Of a DNA stretch of 38,579 bases, positions 17,269-26,397 are shown one piece after another; the stretch's first letter is position 1, and each line of letters opens with the position of its first letter. This DNA comes from a virus (Duplodnaviria; Caudoviricetes). Under the pieces are notes generated by a model. The model saw only the letters and a list, made by a program, of their open reading frames with translations, was not told where the DNA came from and did no database searches. The stretch covers positions 1-38,579 of IMG/VR virus record IMGVR_UViG_3300025840_000087; one strand, written 5' to 3'. A program made the translations under genes and the position numbers.

Positions 17269-17402
17269 TACGTAGTGAAGATGATCCTGTGGCAAAACTT
17301 TTTGGTGTCGCGTTAGTTGATTTTGGGGAATCGTAAAAAGATTCTCGTTACGAGAATGAACTCAAGAGGCAATTCGCTTGGGTGCTAGGTACACTGTTAG
17401 GG

Positions 17403-17430
17403 TGCCCAGGTGTTTCCACCTGGGCAATTT
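17403..17430 (+). terminator. hairpin, probable terminator
   Basis: tgcccaggtg-tttc-cacctgggca perfect 10-bp stem followed by attt. Confidence 0.6.
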
Positions 17431-17434
17431 CATA

Positions 17435-17465
17435 TTTGGAACCCCATATGATCTAGCTGAATAAC
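17435..17465 (+). promoter_or_regulatory. ECF-like promoter
   Basis: TTTGGAAC-N17-AATAAC, ATG 5 nt downstream. Confidence 0.65.
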
Positions 17466-17470
17466 GCGGT

Positions 17471-17992
17471 ATGAATAAAGGTATAAAGATCGTATTTCTG
17501 GACATAGATGGTGTTCTCAATTCTCAGACTTTCTATGTGAAGAGACATGAGAACAACCCGAACAAGCAATCCCTGACTGATGAGGATGAGTTTGATCCTG
17601 CTGCCGTAAAAAATCTGAACGAGATAACAGATAAAACTGGAGCAAAGATTGTTGTTTCGTCCTCATGGAGGAAATCTAGGACGTTGGAACAATTGCGAGA
17701 CCTCTTTAAAAGAGTTGGCATAGCTGGAGAGGTGATAGGTAAAACACCGCATCTGTCATTTCATCACTCAACATACTCCAACTCCGTTCCAAGAGGATGT
17801 GAAATAAAAGCGTGGCTGGAGATGAATAAAGACCTGTTAGGGTGTAAGATAGAGAATCTGAGGTACATGATTCTCGATGACGACTCAGATATGCTCTATT
17901 GGCAAAGGGAGGCGTTCCACTGGTGCGACAATTTCACTGGGCTTACACCCAACATAGCATACAAAGCAGTTAGATATCTGAATAGATATTGA
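17471..17992 (+). CDS. HAD-superfamily phosphatase (Swiss-army-knife RNA repair type)
   Basis: IVFLDIDGVLN, KIVVSSSWR, GKTP, PRGCEIKAWL, YMILDDDSDML. Confidence 0.85.
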   Translation: MNKGIKIVFLDIDGVLNSQTFYVKRHENNPNKQSLTDEDEFDPAAVKNLNEITDKTGAKIVVSSSWRKSRTLEQLRDLFKRVGIAGEVIGKTPHLSFHHSTYSNSVPRGCEIKAWLEMNKDLLGCKIENLRYMILDDDSDMLYWQREAFHWCDNFTGLTPNIAYKAVRYLNRY

Positions 17993-18069
17993 TGGTCAAA
18001 TAAATAGAGAAAGCCAATCAAGTTAAACTAGATGAGATATGCCAGGGTTAACGCTCTGGTATTTCTGTA

Positions 18070-18100
18070 TTTGAAACTACCATCTATTCTGTGTCATATA
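18070..18100 (+). promoter_or_regulatory. ECF-like promoter
   Basis: TTTGAAAC-N17-CATATA. Confidence 0.7.
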
Positions 18101-18117
18101 GCAAGAAATGACTTGCC

Positions 18118-18567
18118 ATGCAGAACACTAATAACACATTATCCATTCTCTTACCGGAGGTTTATCAGGATGTCAATCTTCATATCCAGGATAAGCTATT
18201 CAGAAGGTACATTCAGACTAGTGGTATGCCAATCTATGGTGATATCTGTGCTAATTGGGGTATAAACCCAGTGAATATGGTTCCCAGGTCAGATGCACCG
18301 ATTGGTGATGTGAAAAGACAGCACATCATACCAAATCAATTCATCGATGAGGACTATGTGCAATTCATGATGCCCATCAATGGTGAGGTAAAGGCCATAT
18401 GCCCTAAGATGAAGATACTCAATCTTGGATTCTTCCATGCCACCAATTTTGGCGGTAGAGGTCTGGAAATATCCACTGATGAGCACATGTATTGGGCTGA
18501 CCAAGTACCATTTGCTCTGAAAGAGGGGTTTCCTGATGTTGAATCTTTCAGGGAGTACATTGGCTAA
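18118..18567 (+). CDS. hypothetical protein, possibly ASCH-like
   Basis: 149 aa; C-terminal FALKEGFPDVESFREY resembles ASCH/PUA-like tails. Confidence 0.55.
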   Translation: MQNTNNTLSILLPEVYQDVNLHIQDKLFRRYIQTSGMPIYGDICANWGINPVNMVPRSDAPIGDVKRQHIIPNQFIDEDYVQFMMPINGEVKAICPKMKILNLGFFHATNFGGRGLEISTDEHMYWADQVPFALKEGFPDVESFREYIG

Positions 18568-18737
18568 CAGAGGCAACAATGGATTTCATGGAACTGTGAT
18601 TTACTTTTGATATGGAGAAAATGATCAAAAAAGAAAAAGTATACTACGCTAGTATTGATTAAGTAGAGTGTTGTTTGCGGAGGGCTTGATTCTATTGATG
18701 ACGGCCTTCCGTATTTAAATACCACAAATAACCACCT

Positions 18738-19091
18738 ATGAAAGAATTTGAGTTTGAGATACCCGTCAACGGATCGCCTCTTGCTAGATTGGTAGAATCC
18801 GATACCTTAGAATTCAACATGGCTGCGGCCAGATACATGAAGATGGTAGATGGGCATGTGCATTTCAGAGTTGGCATTTCCAAAGAAGATGATGTTCTTG
18901 TGCTTATGATATCCAGTGCAGGTGATAGAAATGCCTTCATAGCCATGCCATATGATGGCAAATATCGCATCAGTGGTATAACATCCACATTCGTCAAGCT
19001 GGGACACACTCCGGAAAAAATAGGGTCGTATTCTATAGCATATGATGCCAGAGAGAGCTGTTATGTGCTCAGCCCAATTTGGAACCCGTAA
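18738..19091 (+). CDS. hypothetical protein
   Basis: 117-aa ORF, TAAATA at 18716..18721. Confidence 0.65.
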   Translation: MKEFEFEIPVNGSPLARLVESDTLEFNMAAARYMKMVDGHVHFRVGISKEDDVLVLMISSAGDRNAFIAMPYDGKYRISGITSTFVKLGHTPEKIGSYSIAYDARESCYVLSPIWNP

Positions 19092-19108
19092 GTTGTTGCA
19101 CTAATAAA
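19078..19108 (+). promoter_or_regulatory. ECF-like promoter
   Basis: TTTGGAAC-N17-AATAAA. Confidence 0.65.
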
Positions 19109-19140
19109 AAGTGTGAATCAATAACGAAACGCAAGCAAAA

Positions 19141-19722
19141 ATGGACAAATACGTAGCAGCAGTAAAGCAATTTCATGACAAATTCGGGATTCATGTAGGG
19201 AAAAGAAACCGATCTGTTCCTGTGGATGTCATGAACTTCCGAGGTGATCTCATTGAAGAGGAAACCACCGAATTTTTGGAGGATTTCAGCGCAATGTCTC
19301 CAAGAGACATTCTGGATTCCCTGGCAGACATCAAATATGGGCTTGCGGGAACCATTTTGTCCATAGGCAGGCAAGGTAGATGGAAATCTGCCAATTTTCC
19401 TGTAGTTTCAGTCACGGACACTCCGGAAGAATTCTTGGTGGAATGCGGATACGACATTCTGCGCTCTATCAACACCCTGAAAAGTGCGTACCACACCACC
19501 GCCATTGCGTCCGGCATTCTTTTACAAATGGATGGACTTCTGGCAAACATGTGTGTCACTGCTGGGTTACCTGAGCATATTTTCCACCAAGTGTTTATGG
19601 AAGTCCACAGGTCAAACATGAGCAAGGAAGGTGGTCTGCATACAAAGGATGGAAAAATCAAAAAAGGCCCAGGATTCATCGAACCCGATCTTGACAGATT
19701 CGTAAAATACATTAAAATCTAA
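19141..19722 (+). CDS. MazG-like / PRA-PH-like nucleoside triphosphate pyrophosphohydrolase
   Basis: VKQFHDKFG, LIEEETTE, DSLADIKY, EVHRSNMSK, DGKIKKGPGFIEPDL. Confidence 0.8.
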   Translation: MDKYVAAVKQFHDKFGIHVGKRNRSVPVDVMNFRGDLIEEETTEFLEDFSAMSPRDILDSLADIKYGLAGTILSIGRQGRWKSANFPVVSVTDTPEEFLVECGYDILRSINTLKSAYHTTAIASGILLQMDGLLANMCVTAGLPEHIFHQVFMEVHRSNMSKEGGLHTKDGKIKKGPGFIEPDLDRFVKYIKI

Positions 19723-19735
19723 ATAAACCACAACC

Positions 19736-19912
19736 ATGGAAGATTTGAACACAGCAGCTATGATGGTGCCATTTATGGCAGGTGCCTCCCGCAAGCATAG
19801 TAGAGGCGGCAATGGCATCAGCCCACGTGAGCTTAGAGAGAAGAAGAGAATAGCGAAAAACCGCAAGCGTAACCGCCTTGCCAAAAAATCGAGAAGGAGG
19901 AAAAGAAGGTGA
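19736..19912 (+). CDS. 58-aa Arg/Lys-rich peptide (below ORF-track cutoff)
   Basis: MEDLNTAAMM..KNRKRNRLAKKSRRRKRR; TAAATA 19720..19725; GTGA overlap with next ORF. Confidence 0.6.
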   Translation: MEDLNTAAMMVPFMAGASRKHSRGGNGISPRELREKKRIAKNRKRNRLAKKSRRRKRR

Positions 19913-20115
19913 TACCACACTTGACGAGCACATCATTCCTTCCCACATTAGACGTGCCCATAGAAGAATCGTCAATTTTTGGGAAAAGACGCACCAAAAT
20001 GCTTAAATTCCGCAAGGACTATACTGCACCAGCAGCTCAGGAGAACAGAACGTCCAGAAGAAGGAAAAGGAACAAGATCGCTAGGAAATCGCGAAGAATC
20101 AATAGAAGGAAGTAA
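19909..20115 (+). CDS. Arg/Lys-rich peptide
   Basis: Ends RRRKRNKIARKSRRINRRK; followed by terminator. Confidence 0.6.
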   Translation: MIPHLTSTSFLPTLDVPIEESSIFGKRRTKMLKFRKDYTAPAAQENRTSRRRKRNKIARKSRRINRRK

Positions 20116-20138
20116 GTCGTAACATAGTAACTAGCTTG

Positions 20139-20169
20139 AGGGTGGGGGCTTCGGTCTTCACCCTTTTTT
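20139..20169 (+). terminator. intrinsic terminator
   Basis: agggtgggggc-ttcg-gtcttcaccct then T-run; UUCG loop. Confidence 0.85.
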
Positions 20170-20219
20170 GTAATTCTTCTGTTAACCGAATCGTTCAGTG
20201 CATTAAATAGTTTAGAACA

Positions 20220-21029
20220 GTGAACTATTTAAATCTTGCTCTTGTAATGAAATCTGAATTTTTCGAAGCATTGAAATCAGTGCTTGATCCGGAACTATTC
20301 GTATCTCTTGATGTCGATCCATATCACTTGAAAAATGTGTATGTGGACAATGGATACACCTTCATCGACTATGCCCAAGTAGAATACCGCACCACCGATC
20401 ACATCTCAGAGGACTTCCATCAAAGGAAATATAAGAGGCTCTATAAAGAGAATGTGGGTTATGTGCAGGTATGGAGTGATGCCTGGGAAGAGGACAAAAC
20501 AGCCATCATGGACCATCTCAAGAAGAGGTTCCTCACAACCCTGGATTTTTTACCAAGGGGTTGTGTTAAAAAGGTGGAAGATGCTGATATACCAGAATTG
20601 CTGGGGCAACATTACAACCCTTACAAGAAGCAGTTCGCTTATTACTCCAACAATACACCTATATTTGCTGTCTTCCTTGGTATGCCACAAAAGAGTCATT
20701 GGGTCATTGAAAAAATCATCCATCCTGTGGGACAAAATGTCACCCTCCATATGGAGGTGATGATGGAACATATTAAACAAAAGCTTAACCCAAAAAGCAT
20801 ATCCATAGTGCTCGATCCTGCATGGGATGATACATCGTGGCCTACAGAAGTTGATATGATATTAGAAACCAACATACCCACTTCATGGCTAGTAAATACA
20901 AAGGATGACCATCCAAAACGCATGGACGTACATAAAATAGGGATGAACATCCTGTCTAACCCTAAAAACTCTAACTGCAAGCCTGTTAAAGGCGTTAAAA
21001 AAGAAAAATTCACATGGAAAAGAAAGTAA
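20220..21029 (+). CDS. divergent homing-endonuclease-related protein
   Basis: FHQRKYKRLYKENVGYVQVWSDAWEEDKTAIMDHLK and terminal KEKFTWK echo Hef-like endonucleases; canonical catalytic motif not evident. Confidence 0.45.
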   Translation: MNYLNLALVMKSEFFEALKSVLDPELFVSLDVDPYHLKNVYVDNGYTFIDYAQVEYRTTDHISEDFHQRKYKRLYKENVGYVQVWSDAWEEDKTAIMDHLKKRFLTTLDFLPRGCVKKVEDADIPELLGQHYNPYKKQFAYYSNNTPIFAVFLGMPQKSHWVIEKIIHPVGQNVTLHMEVMMEHIKQKLNPKSISIVLDPAWDDTSWPTEVDMILETNIPTSWLVNTKDDHPKRMDVHKIGMNILSNPKNSNCKPVKGVKKEKFTWKRK

Positions 21030-21991
21030 CACTCTTGATCATTACTCTGCTGATCGTATTGTCTGGCTTCTCCAAGACCAGACTTTTTGCCATCTACAAT
21101 CCTGAGTTCCACATTGGGATGCAAAATCGGGATGCTGATGCATTCCAGAAGTTCATCTTTGAGGCCAGCAAAGACACAACCAAAAAGTTCTATCTTTGCT
21201 CCGGTGAAACGGAGCTATTGAGAATCATGGAAGCTGCAGATGGTGTTATGTTTTTCAATACCTACGATTGGGATTCGGTTTTTTCAGATGGTTTTTATTA
21301 TCGATTCGAAAAATTCGTTGAGAAAGGTGATCGTTCCATCTTTCTCGCCAGCTCATATCCCACTGGTAGATGGGCAGAATTCTTTAAAATGGAAAGATCG
21401 GGTGCTATAGAATATGCCATATTGGGTGCCAGGACTGTCAACGAATATGCGGACATTATCATGGAAGGAAGCAACGTCACATCACCTTTTGCTGTTGAAG
21501 AATTCATGCCGACTATGGACATGGATTCCATAAATCAACCCATCTTGGTGAGTGATAAAGAGATTCCATTGGCCACCTGCTCCGATAACGATTCACTGAG
21601 GGTTTTCTGGTCAACTTTTGGTTATAACTATAGCCACTACTACAGATGGGAGGTTAATACACATCTTTATGGTGGGCTTGACTGGGTTTTCTATAAGGAC
21701 AAGGAATATAACTTCTGCAAGCTCCATATTGACTCCCTGGACACCACTCAGAGTGCAATAGTCATAGCAGAGATAGAAACAAGGATTCCTGTGACTGGCA
21801 TCATTTTGAAGAAAACTGAGGGTGATTTCATTCAACTCTCCAGGGGGTATGAATCGATATACGATTCATCGGATCGCTATTTCAGATTCATTGAGGGTGT
21901 AATCACTGATCCCATCGAATACCAGCTCATCCTGGAACTCCAAAACGGGTCAACTGTGGAATCGAATGTGCTGCAGGTTTCTCCTAAATGA
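21014..21991 (+). CDS. secreted protein with N-terminal signal peptide
   Basis: MEKKVTLLIITLLIVLSGFS; C-terminal YQLILELQNGSTVESNVLQV beta-domain. Confidence 0.7.
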   Translation: MEKKVTLLIITLLIVLSGFSKTRLFAIYNPEFHIGMQNRDADAFQKFIFEASKDTTKKFYLCSGETELLRIMEAADGVMFFNTYDWDSVFSDGFYYRFEKFVEKGDRSIFLASSYPTGRWAEFFKMERSGAIEYAILGARTVNEYADIIMEGSNVTSPFAVEEFMPTMDMDSINQPILVSDKEIPLATCSDNDSLRVFWSTFGYNYSHYYRWEVNTHLYGGLDWVFYKDKEYNFCKLHIDSLDTTQSAIVIAEIETRIPVTGIILKKTEGDFIQLSRGYESIYDSSDRYFRFIEGVITDPIEYQLILELQNGSTVESNVLQVSPK

Positions 21992-22032
21992 TTTATCAAA
22001 TTACAGATAAATAGGGAAAACATAACTAACAA

Positions 22033-24522
22033 ATGCGTTCGAAATATCCTCAATTCAAATATACATGGGACCAGTGGCATGCCATCTATGGAGATATAGA
22101 GATGGGAACTGCTTGCCTGGACACCATGAATGACCGAGTGGCCTATTTCCATAATGACACTGGCTCAAGAGATTTGGTGTGGTGCGGTGAAGTACCAAAG
22201 CAAGCGCAAGGTTGGTCATTCGACAAAGATGACCTTCTGTTTGCTGATCCAGAAGATTCATTCAACTTCAAAAGGGATAACGGGTTTGCTTCCCCTGAGT
22301 ACATCACTGATCTGGAGGCTGAATTTGAACATGAGGCCAACATAGCAAGAGATCACACTGATTATGATACCTGGTCTGGGTATGTAACCGAGGGAAAATT
22401 GAACGAAACTGGAAACGATTTCATAAAAAAAGCTGTTACCCAGCTTTCCAAGGAGTATGGAATCATTTATCCTGAGTTGGCTTATGCTGCACATTCCTCA
22501 GATAATGGGTATTGGATTGTAATTGACGGCCAACAGGCAGACGAAGAATTCCCAGGCGAAACTGATTCTGTGAATGTGGCTTTCAAAGTGGTGCCAGATG
22601 GTTCTGGAAATCCAAAAGTCTCCATGACCAGCACCTTTGATGGTGATTTTGCATCTGATCATATCACCAAGAGTTGGATTAATAGCCAAGAAGAGGATGT
22701 AAGGCAGATTGTCCTGGAGGAATATGATACAGATGATCTTCATGATATCGATCTCCACCTAACTCCGAAGGCACTCAATGGCAGACCTCTTTATCAGGAA
22801 TACGACTATAAGAAGATTTTCTGGAATGGTGACTATCTGGTTGATATTATACAGAGTTACGGGGATGCGTTTTATTATCGTGCTGCTGACAAATGGGGAG
22901 ATTATAAACACACCTGGGTCCACCTGGGTTATGCTCCTGTTTCACAACTCTTTTACGCTGGGTTTCAAACAAATGATGAGGCACAACACATGGTTTTTGA
23001 GTTTGAAATTACACCAAATGGCACAATAACCAATATCACCGACAAACATGGGTATGGCCCATTCTACAGTGATCCCATGGAGGAATTGCAGGCCAACAAC
23101 CAAACATACGTGCCTCTCTACGATATCCAGAAGCAACGAGACCTTTATGAAACACATGCGGCCATTATGATGCCGCTCAATCCTGCCACTACGCCACCCC
23201 TCACAACCATAAAGCGTTTGTACGCTGGTCTTGCTACTCAATACAACATAGTGAATCCCGTTCTCAAGACAGTTTGTATTGGGTTTGGTGTTGAGTACTA
23301 TTACATCGTTGCGGTGTCCGGCACCCAGTCCAGGAGGGGTTATTTGTCATTACCGGAAGAAACAACAGCAGTTTTCATTCTCGATTCTGACTTTCAGCTC
23401 AAGTTTTCTCCAAGCATTTTCCTTGGTGACTACCACAAAGATGCGCATGCCTGGGTTATGAAGAATCACCCTGGGGCCAGATGCGTTTTTGATTCCAGAA
23501 GAACGTTATCTGAGAACGCCAACAGCACATATGAGTTGGATGGGAAGGTTTTCGATACTGTTGTTTTCACATCAGAGGACGATGCAAATGAGTTCATGGC
23601 GGACAATTCAGGATATAGTATATTAGCCACAGATGGTGGCACCATCCATGTTTCTAAATCATCAGATAAAGGTACTCCAGTTGAAGATGATGACACACCT
23701 GCAGAAGATGAAACAACAAATGAAAATAAAATGAAGAAATCCGCAATCAACGAAAACTATTCCCTTACCTGGGATGAATACGTCTATAAACATGGCGATC
23801 CGGAACCAGGAACTCCTTGTTACGACTCCATGAGTCGAGAGGTTGTCTATTTCGACCATCAATCCATGGGTAGTAACAAAGTTTGGTGCACTGCTGATCC
23901 GGACAGTGAAAGAGGGTGGTATTTATCTAAGCACAGACTTTCCTTCAAAGACCAGGAATATGGTGGCTACGGCAATGATGATTATGAAATGTGGGAGAGA
24001 AAGAATCGCAACAAATCTCCCAGGACCAAGGCCATGATGGAAAGGAAGCTGAAAAGCAAGAAATCTCTACCCATCAAAGAAAGCACAGATGGTCCAGTAT
24101 CATTACCAGTCTCCACAAAGCTGATGCCAGATGATTTCAAAAGGGCTTTTGATAAAAATAACCTCTTTTTCAAAGGTATAAACGTCAGAGAATGGTTTCT
24201 TAGCAACATGCAAGCCCTGTTAGCAGACGCGGAAAATGCCCTGAATGGTGGTGATGGTCAAATAGTGTATTTTGGATATGATCCAGAATCGGAGATGTTT
24301 TATGTTGGTGTGGATGGGTTCCATGACTTCGATGGAGGAGATGGAGAAATGAGGGGTGTTACGTTGCCATTGTGGATTCCTGCGGCCATAACTAAAGGGT
24401 ATTTACCTTCTCCAGTTACAAAAACCCCCTACACGTCCAACTATGATGGTACTTTTTACCCCATCTCCTATGATGCATTGAAAAGAGACTATTCAGGTAT
24501 CATAGACCTTGTATTGGATTAA
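22033..24522 (+). CDS. 829-aa multidomain acidic protein with internal domain duplications, candidate virion polyprotein
   Basis: Three duplicated domain types and linkers ending KLNE, DLYE, TLSE, AINE, PIKE; TAAATA 22008..22013. Confidence 0.8.
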   Translation: MRSKYPQFKYTWDQWHAIYGDIEMGTACLDTMNDRVAYFHNDTGSRDLVWCGEVPKQAQGWSFDKDDLLFADPEDSFNFKRDNGFASPEYITDLEAEFEHEANIARDHTDYDTWSGYVTEGKLNETGNDFIKKAVTQLSKEYGIIYPELAYAAHSSDNGYWIVIDGQQADEEFPGETDSVNVAFKVVPDGSGNPKVSMTSTFDGDFASDHITKSWINSQEEDVRQIVLEEYDTDDLHDIDLHLTPKALNGRPLYQEYDYKKIFWNGDYLVDIIQSYGDAFYYRAADKWGDYKHTWVHLGYAPVSQLFYAGFQTNDEAQHMVFEFEITPNGTITNITDKHGYGPFYSDPMEELQANNQTYVPLYDIQKQRDLYETHAAIMMPLNPATTPPLTTIKRLYAGLATQYNIVNPVLKTVCIGFGVEYYYIVAVSGTQSRRGYLSLPEETTAVFILDSDFQLKFSPSIFLGDYHKDAHAWVMKNHPGARCVFDSRRTLSENANSTYELDGKVFDTVVFTSEDDANEFMADNSGYSILATDGGTIHVSKSSDKGTPVEDDDTPAEDETTNENKMKKSAINENYSLTWDEYVYKHGDPEPGTPCYDSMSREVVYFDHQSMGSNKVWCTADPDSERGWYLSKHRLSFKDQEYGGYGNDDYEMWERKNRNKSPRTKAMMERKLKSKKSLPIKESTDGPVSLPVSTKLMPDDFKRAFDKNNLFFKGINVREWFLSNMQALLADAENALNGGDGQIVYFGYDPESEMFYVGVDGFHDFDGGDGEMRGVTLPLWIPAAITKGYLPSPVTKTPYTSNYDGTFYPISYDALKRDYSGIIDLVLD

Positions 24523-24563
24523 GATATTTTCATGGTAAGTTAATTAGATTAATTATAGCAGAA

Positions 24564-24592
24564 TCAGGGAGATCAGAAACGGTCTCCCTGAT
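24564..24592 (+). terminator. hairpin, probable terminator
   Basis: tcagggagatc-agaaacg-gtctccctga. Confidence 0.6.
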
Positions 24593-24597
24593 CTGTA

Positions 24598-24628
24598 TTT
24601 GAAACATGTGTTTCATAGATGACATAAA
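24598..24628 (+). promoter_or_regulatory. ECF-like promoter (overlaps TAAATA)
   Basis: TTTGAAAC-N17-CATAAA. Confidence 0.7.
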
Positions 24629-24718
24629 TAAGGTACTAACGCATTTTACATGGCTAAATCCCTCCTGTGCGTGAGGGTGGGACGCAGAGTCCTTTTTGTT
24701 TAATCTAACCATTTGATC

Positions 24719-24874
24719 ATGAGACACATTATTCCAGTGGTGGCAATCGTTGCCCTATTTTTAACACCGACTTTCCACAATGTGGAGTCGAAGGAAAAAG
24801 CATCCATTGGGGAAGAAGTAAAACCGGACAAATCCAAAACAAAAGATGTAGTGGGTTTTTGCCACTACCATTGA
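24719..24874 (+). CDS. 51-aa signal-peptide-bearing small protein (below ORF-track cutoff)
   Basis: MRHIIPVVAIVALFLTPTFHNVESKEKASIGEEVKPDKSKTKDVVGFCHYH; own promoter and downstream hairpin. Confidence 0.55.
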   Translation: MRHIIPVVAIVALFLTPTFHNVESKEKASIGEEVKPDKSKTKDVVGFCHYH

Positions 24875-24900
24875 CAATCCGGAAAATAACTGAATAAAGA

Positions 24901-24932
24901 TTGATCCTCGGGGTTCTCACCTCGGGGATCAA
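24901..24932 (+). terminator. hairpin, probable terminator
   Basis: ttgatcctcgggg-ttctca-cctcggggatcaa. Confidence 0.6.
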
Positions 24933-24937
24933 GTGTA

Positions 24938-24968
24938 TTTGAAACCGATGTTGCGTGTGTTTCATATA
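24938..24968 (+). promoter_or_regulatory. ECF-like promoter
   Basis: TTTGAAAC-N17-CATATA. Confidence 0.7.
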
Positions 24969-24989
24969 GAAAACAAAAGTAAACTCACC

Positions 24990-25871
24990 ATGGATATAGT
25001 TCAAATAGAAATCAAACACGTTTACATGTCAATCTTTGCGGCTGGGAATATGTTCGCTGATGCAGTGGTTGACTCCATTCTCAAGTCAGGGTACGAAGGG
25101 ATGCAGGAATTCCACGAATTTGCCTTAGATAGAATCGATTCCGAGTTGGAGCCTCTCATCCCTCCAGGTGACTTTATGATTAGCCTTATGGCAAAGCACG
25201 TGGCCGAGAATCCCTCACTGAGTGCCATCATTTTCGGTAGAGATGGTGTGACCTATGATGATTTCAAACAGGATTTCCTGGAACAATACAGGGCACTCAA
25301 ATCCGCATTTGAAGAAGAAATCCCAACGGAGGTTACAGAAATCACATCCAGGAATCTGACAGAAGTGGATGGCATGGAATCTGATGATGTTGGTCTTGCT
25401 GGCCTGGGCTGGGCCACATCCAGCACCAGCCCCAGTGTTCATTTGGTTTATGGTACCAATGGCCCCACAGGCGATTTAGATGAAGCAATCCAGCTATTGC
25501 AGCATTTGTATGCTTCCCTGGACGAGAAGCCATCCGATCTTGACTTCGCTGCCATGCTCACCCTATTTGATGGTCACATTATGCCAAACTTGGAGTCTAT
25601 GCGTAACATGATTAAAATGGGCATGGACAAGGACAAGGAATACACAGGTGGGGGTGCTATCCTATTGAATGCTGCTGGTGATAACCTCAAATTCATAAAG
25701 GGCCACATGGTATACACTATCATCAAAGAACCCATAGCAGGTTTGTCTGATCCGTCATACACTGTCATCGTGACAAATCACACCCAGCTTGGTCAGTCGA
25801 TGAAAATCATGACCGTAGGTGAGATTTACTATGAACTTGGGTATGACATGAAATCATCTTTATTGGCATAA
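24990..25871 (+). CDS. hypothetical protein
   Basis: Long ORF; start moved to ATG 24990, downstream of the promoter. Confidence 0.7.
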   Translation: MDIVQIEIKHVYMSIFAAGNMFADAVVDSILKSGYEGMQEFHEFALDRIDSELEPLIPPGDFMISLMAKHVAENPSLSAIIFGRDGVTYDDFKQDFLEQYRALKSAFEEEIPTEVTEITSRNLTEVDGMESDDVGLAGLGWATSSTSPSVHLVYGTNGPTGDLDEAIQLLQHLYASLDEKPSDLDFAAMLTLFDGHIMPNLESMRNMIKMGMDKDKEYTGGGAILLNAAGDNLKFIKGHMVYTIIKEPIAGLSDPSYTVIVTNHTQLGQSMKIMTVGEIYYELGYDMKSSLLA

Positions 25872-25980
25872 TCCTTATTAACATAAACACCATGAAAGGA
25901 TCAAAAACAGTATACGTAGAGAACAGCTTAGGAAAGTTCTCATTTGAGTTGAAGAAATACAGCTCTAACAACAAACCAGC

Positions 25981-26397
25981 ATGAAGAGAAACATAGCCAT
26001 ACATCAAAACTGCTTTAGTGATCTCCGGCAATTCGGCCAAGTCGTTCCCAGGAATGGATATTATCGTTATATGACTGGGTTGTATGTGGGCAGAATCTAC
26101 AAGGTATTGTGTGGCTCCAACGAGGAACTTATATCTTTTGCAGAATGCACACAAGATTCGCCTTTCAATCTTCGCCTTATTGTGTCGGTGGGGGATGAGC
26201 TGCTAGCCTGGAATGGAAACGCCTGGAAAGAAGCAGGAAGTGACAAGGGAGACAATTCTCAGTTCTGGCAGAAAGCTGTTGTTAAAAATGCATATGTGTT
26301 CAAGGGAGATTTCCTTGTGGATGTGGTTTTTGATGATGGTACAGAAAGCAATGATCATTTTTATTTGCAAACTAAACCCATAGAAGAAAATGTATAG
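25981..26397 (+). CDS. hypothetical protein
   Basis: 138-aa ORF in operon. Confidence 0.6.
   Translation: MKRNIAIHQNCFSDLRQFGQVVPRNGYYRYMTGLYVGRIYKVLCGSNEELISFAECTQDSPFNLRLIVSVGDELLAWNGNAWKEAGSDKGDNSQFWQKAVVKNAYVFKGDFLVDVVFDDGTESNDHFYLQTKPIEENV

Noticed and set aside
17108-17389. Diversity-generating retroelement TR/VR pair
   Set aside because: Adenines are in the coding copy and the changes in the non-coding copy (wrong polarity), there is a deletion, and no reverse transcriptase is in the window.
18032-18265. 77-aa ORF behind TAAATA at 18001
   Set aside because: Overlaps the ECF-like promoter and the longer 18118..18567 ORF; no protein-like features.
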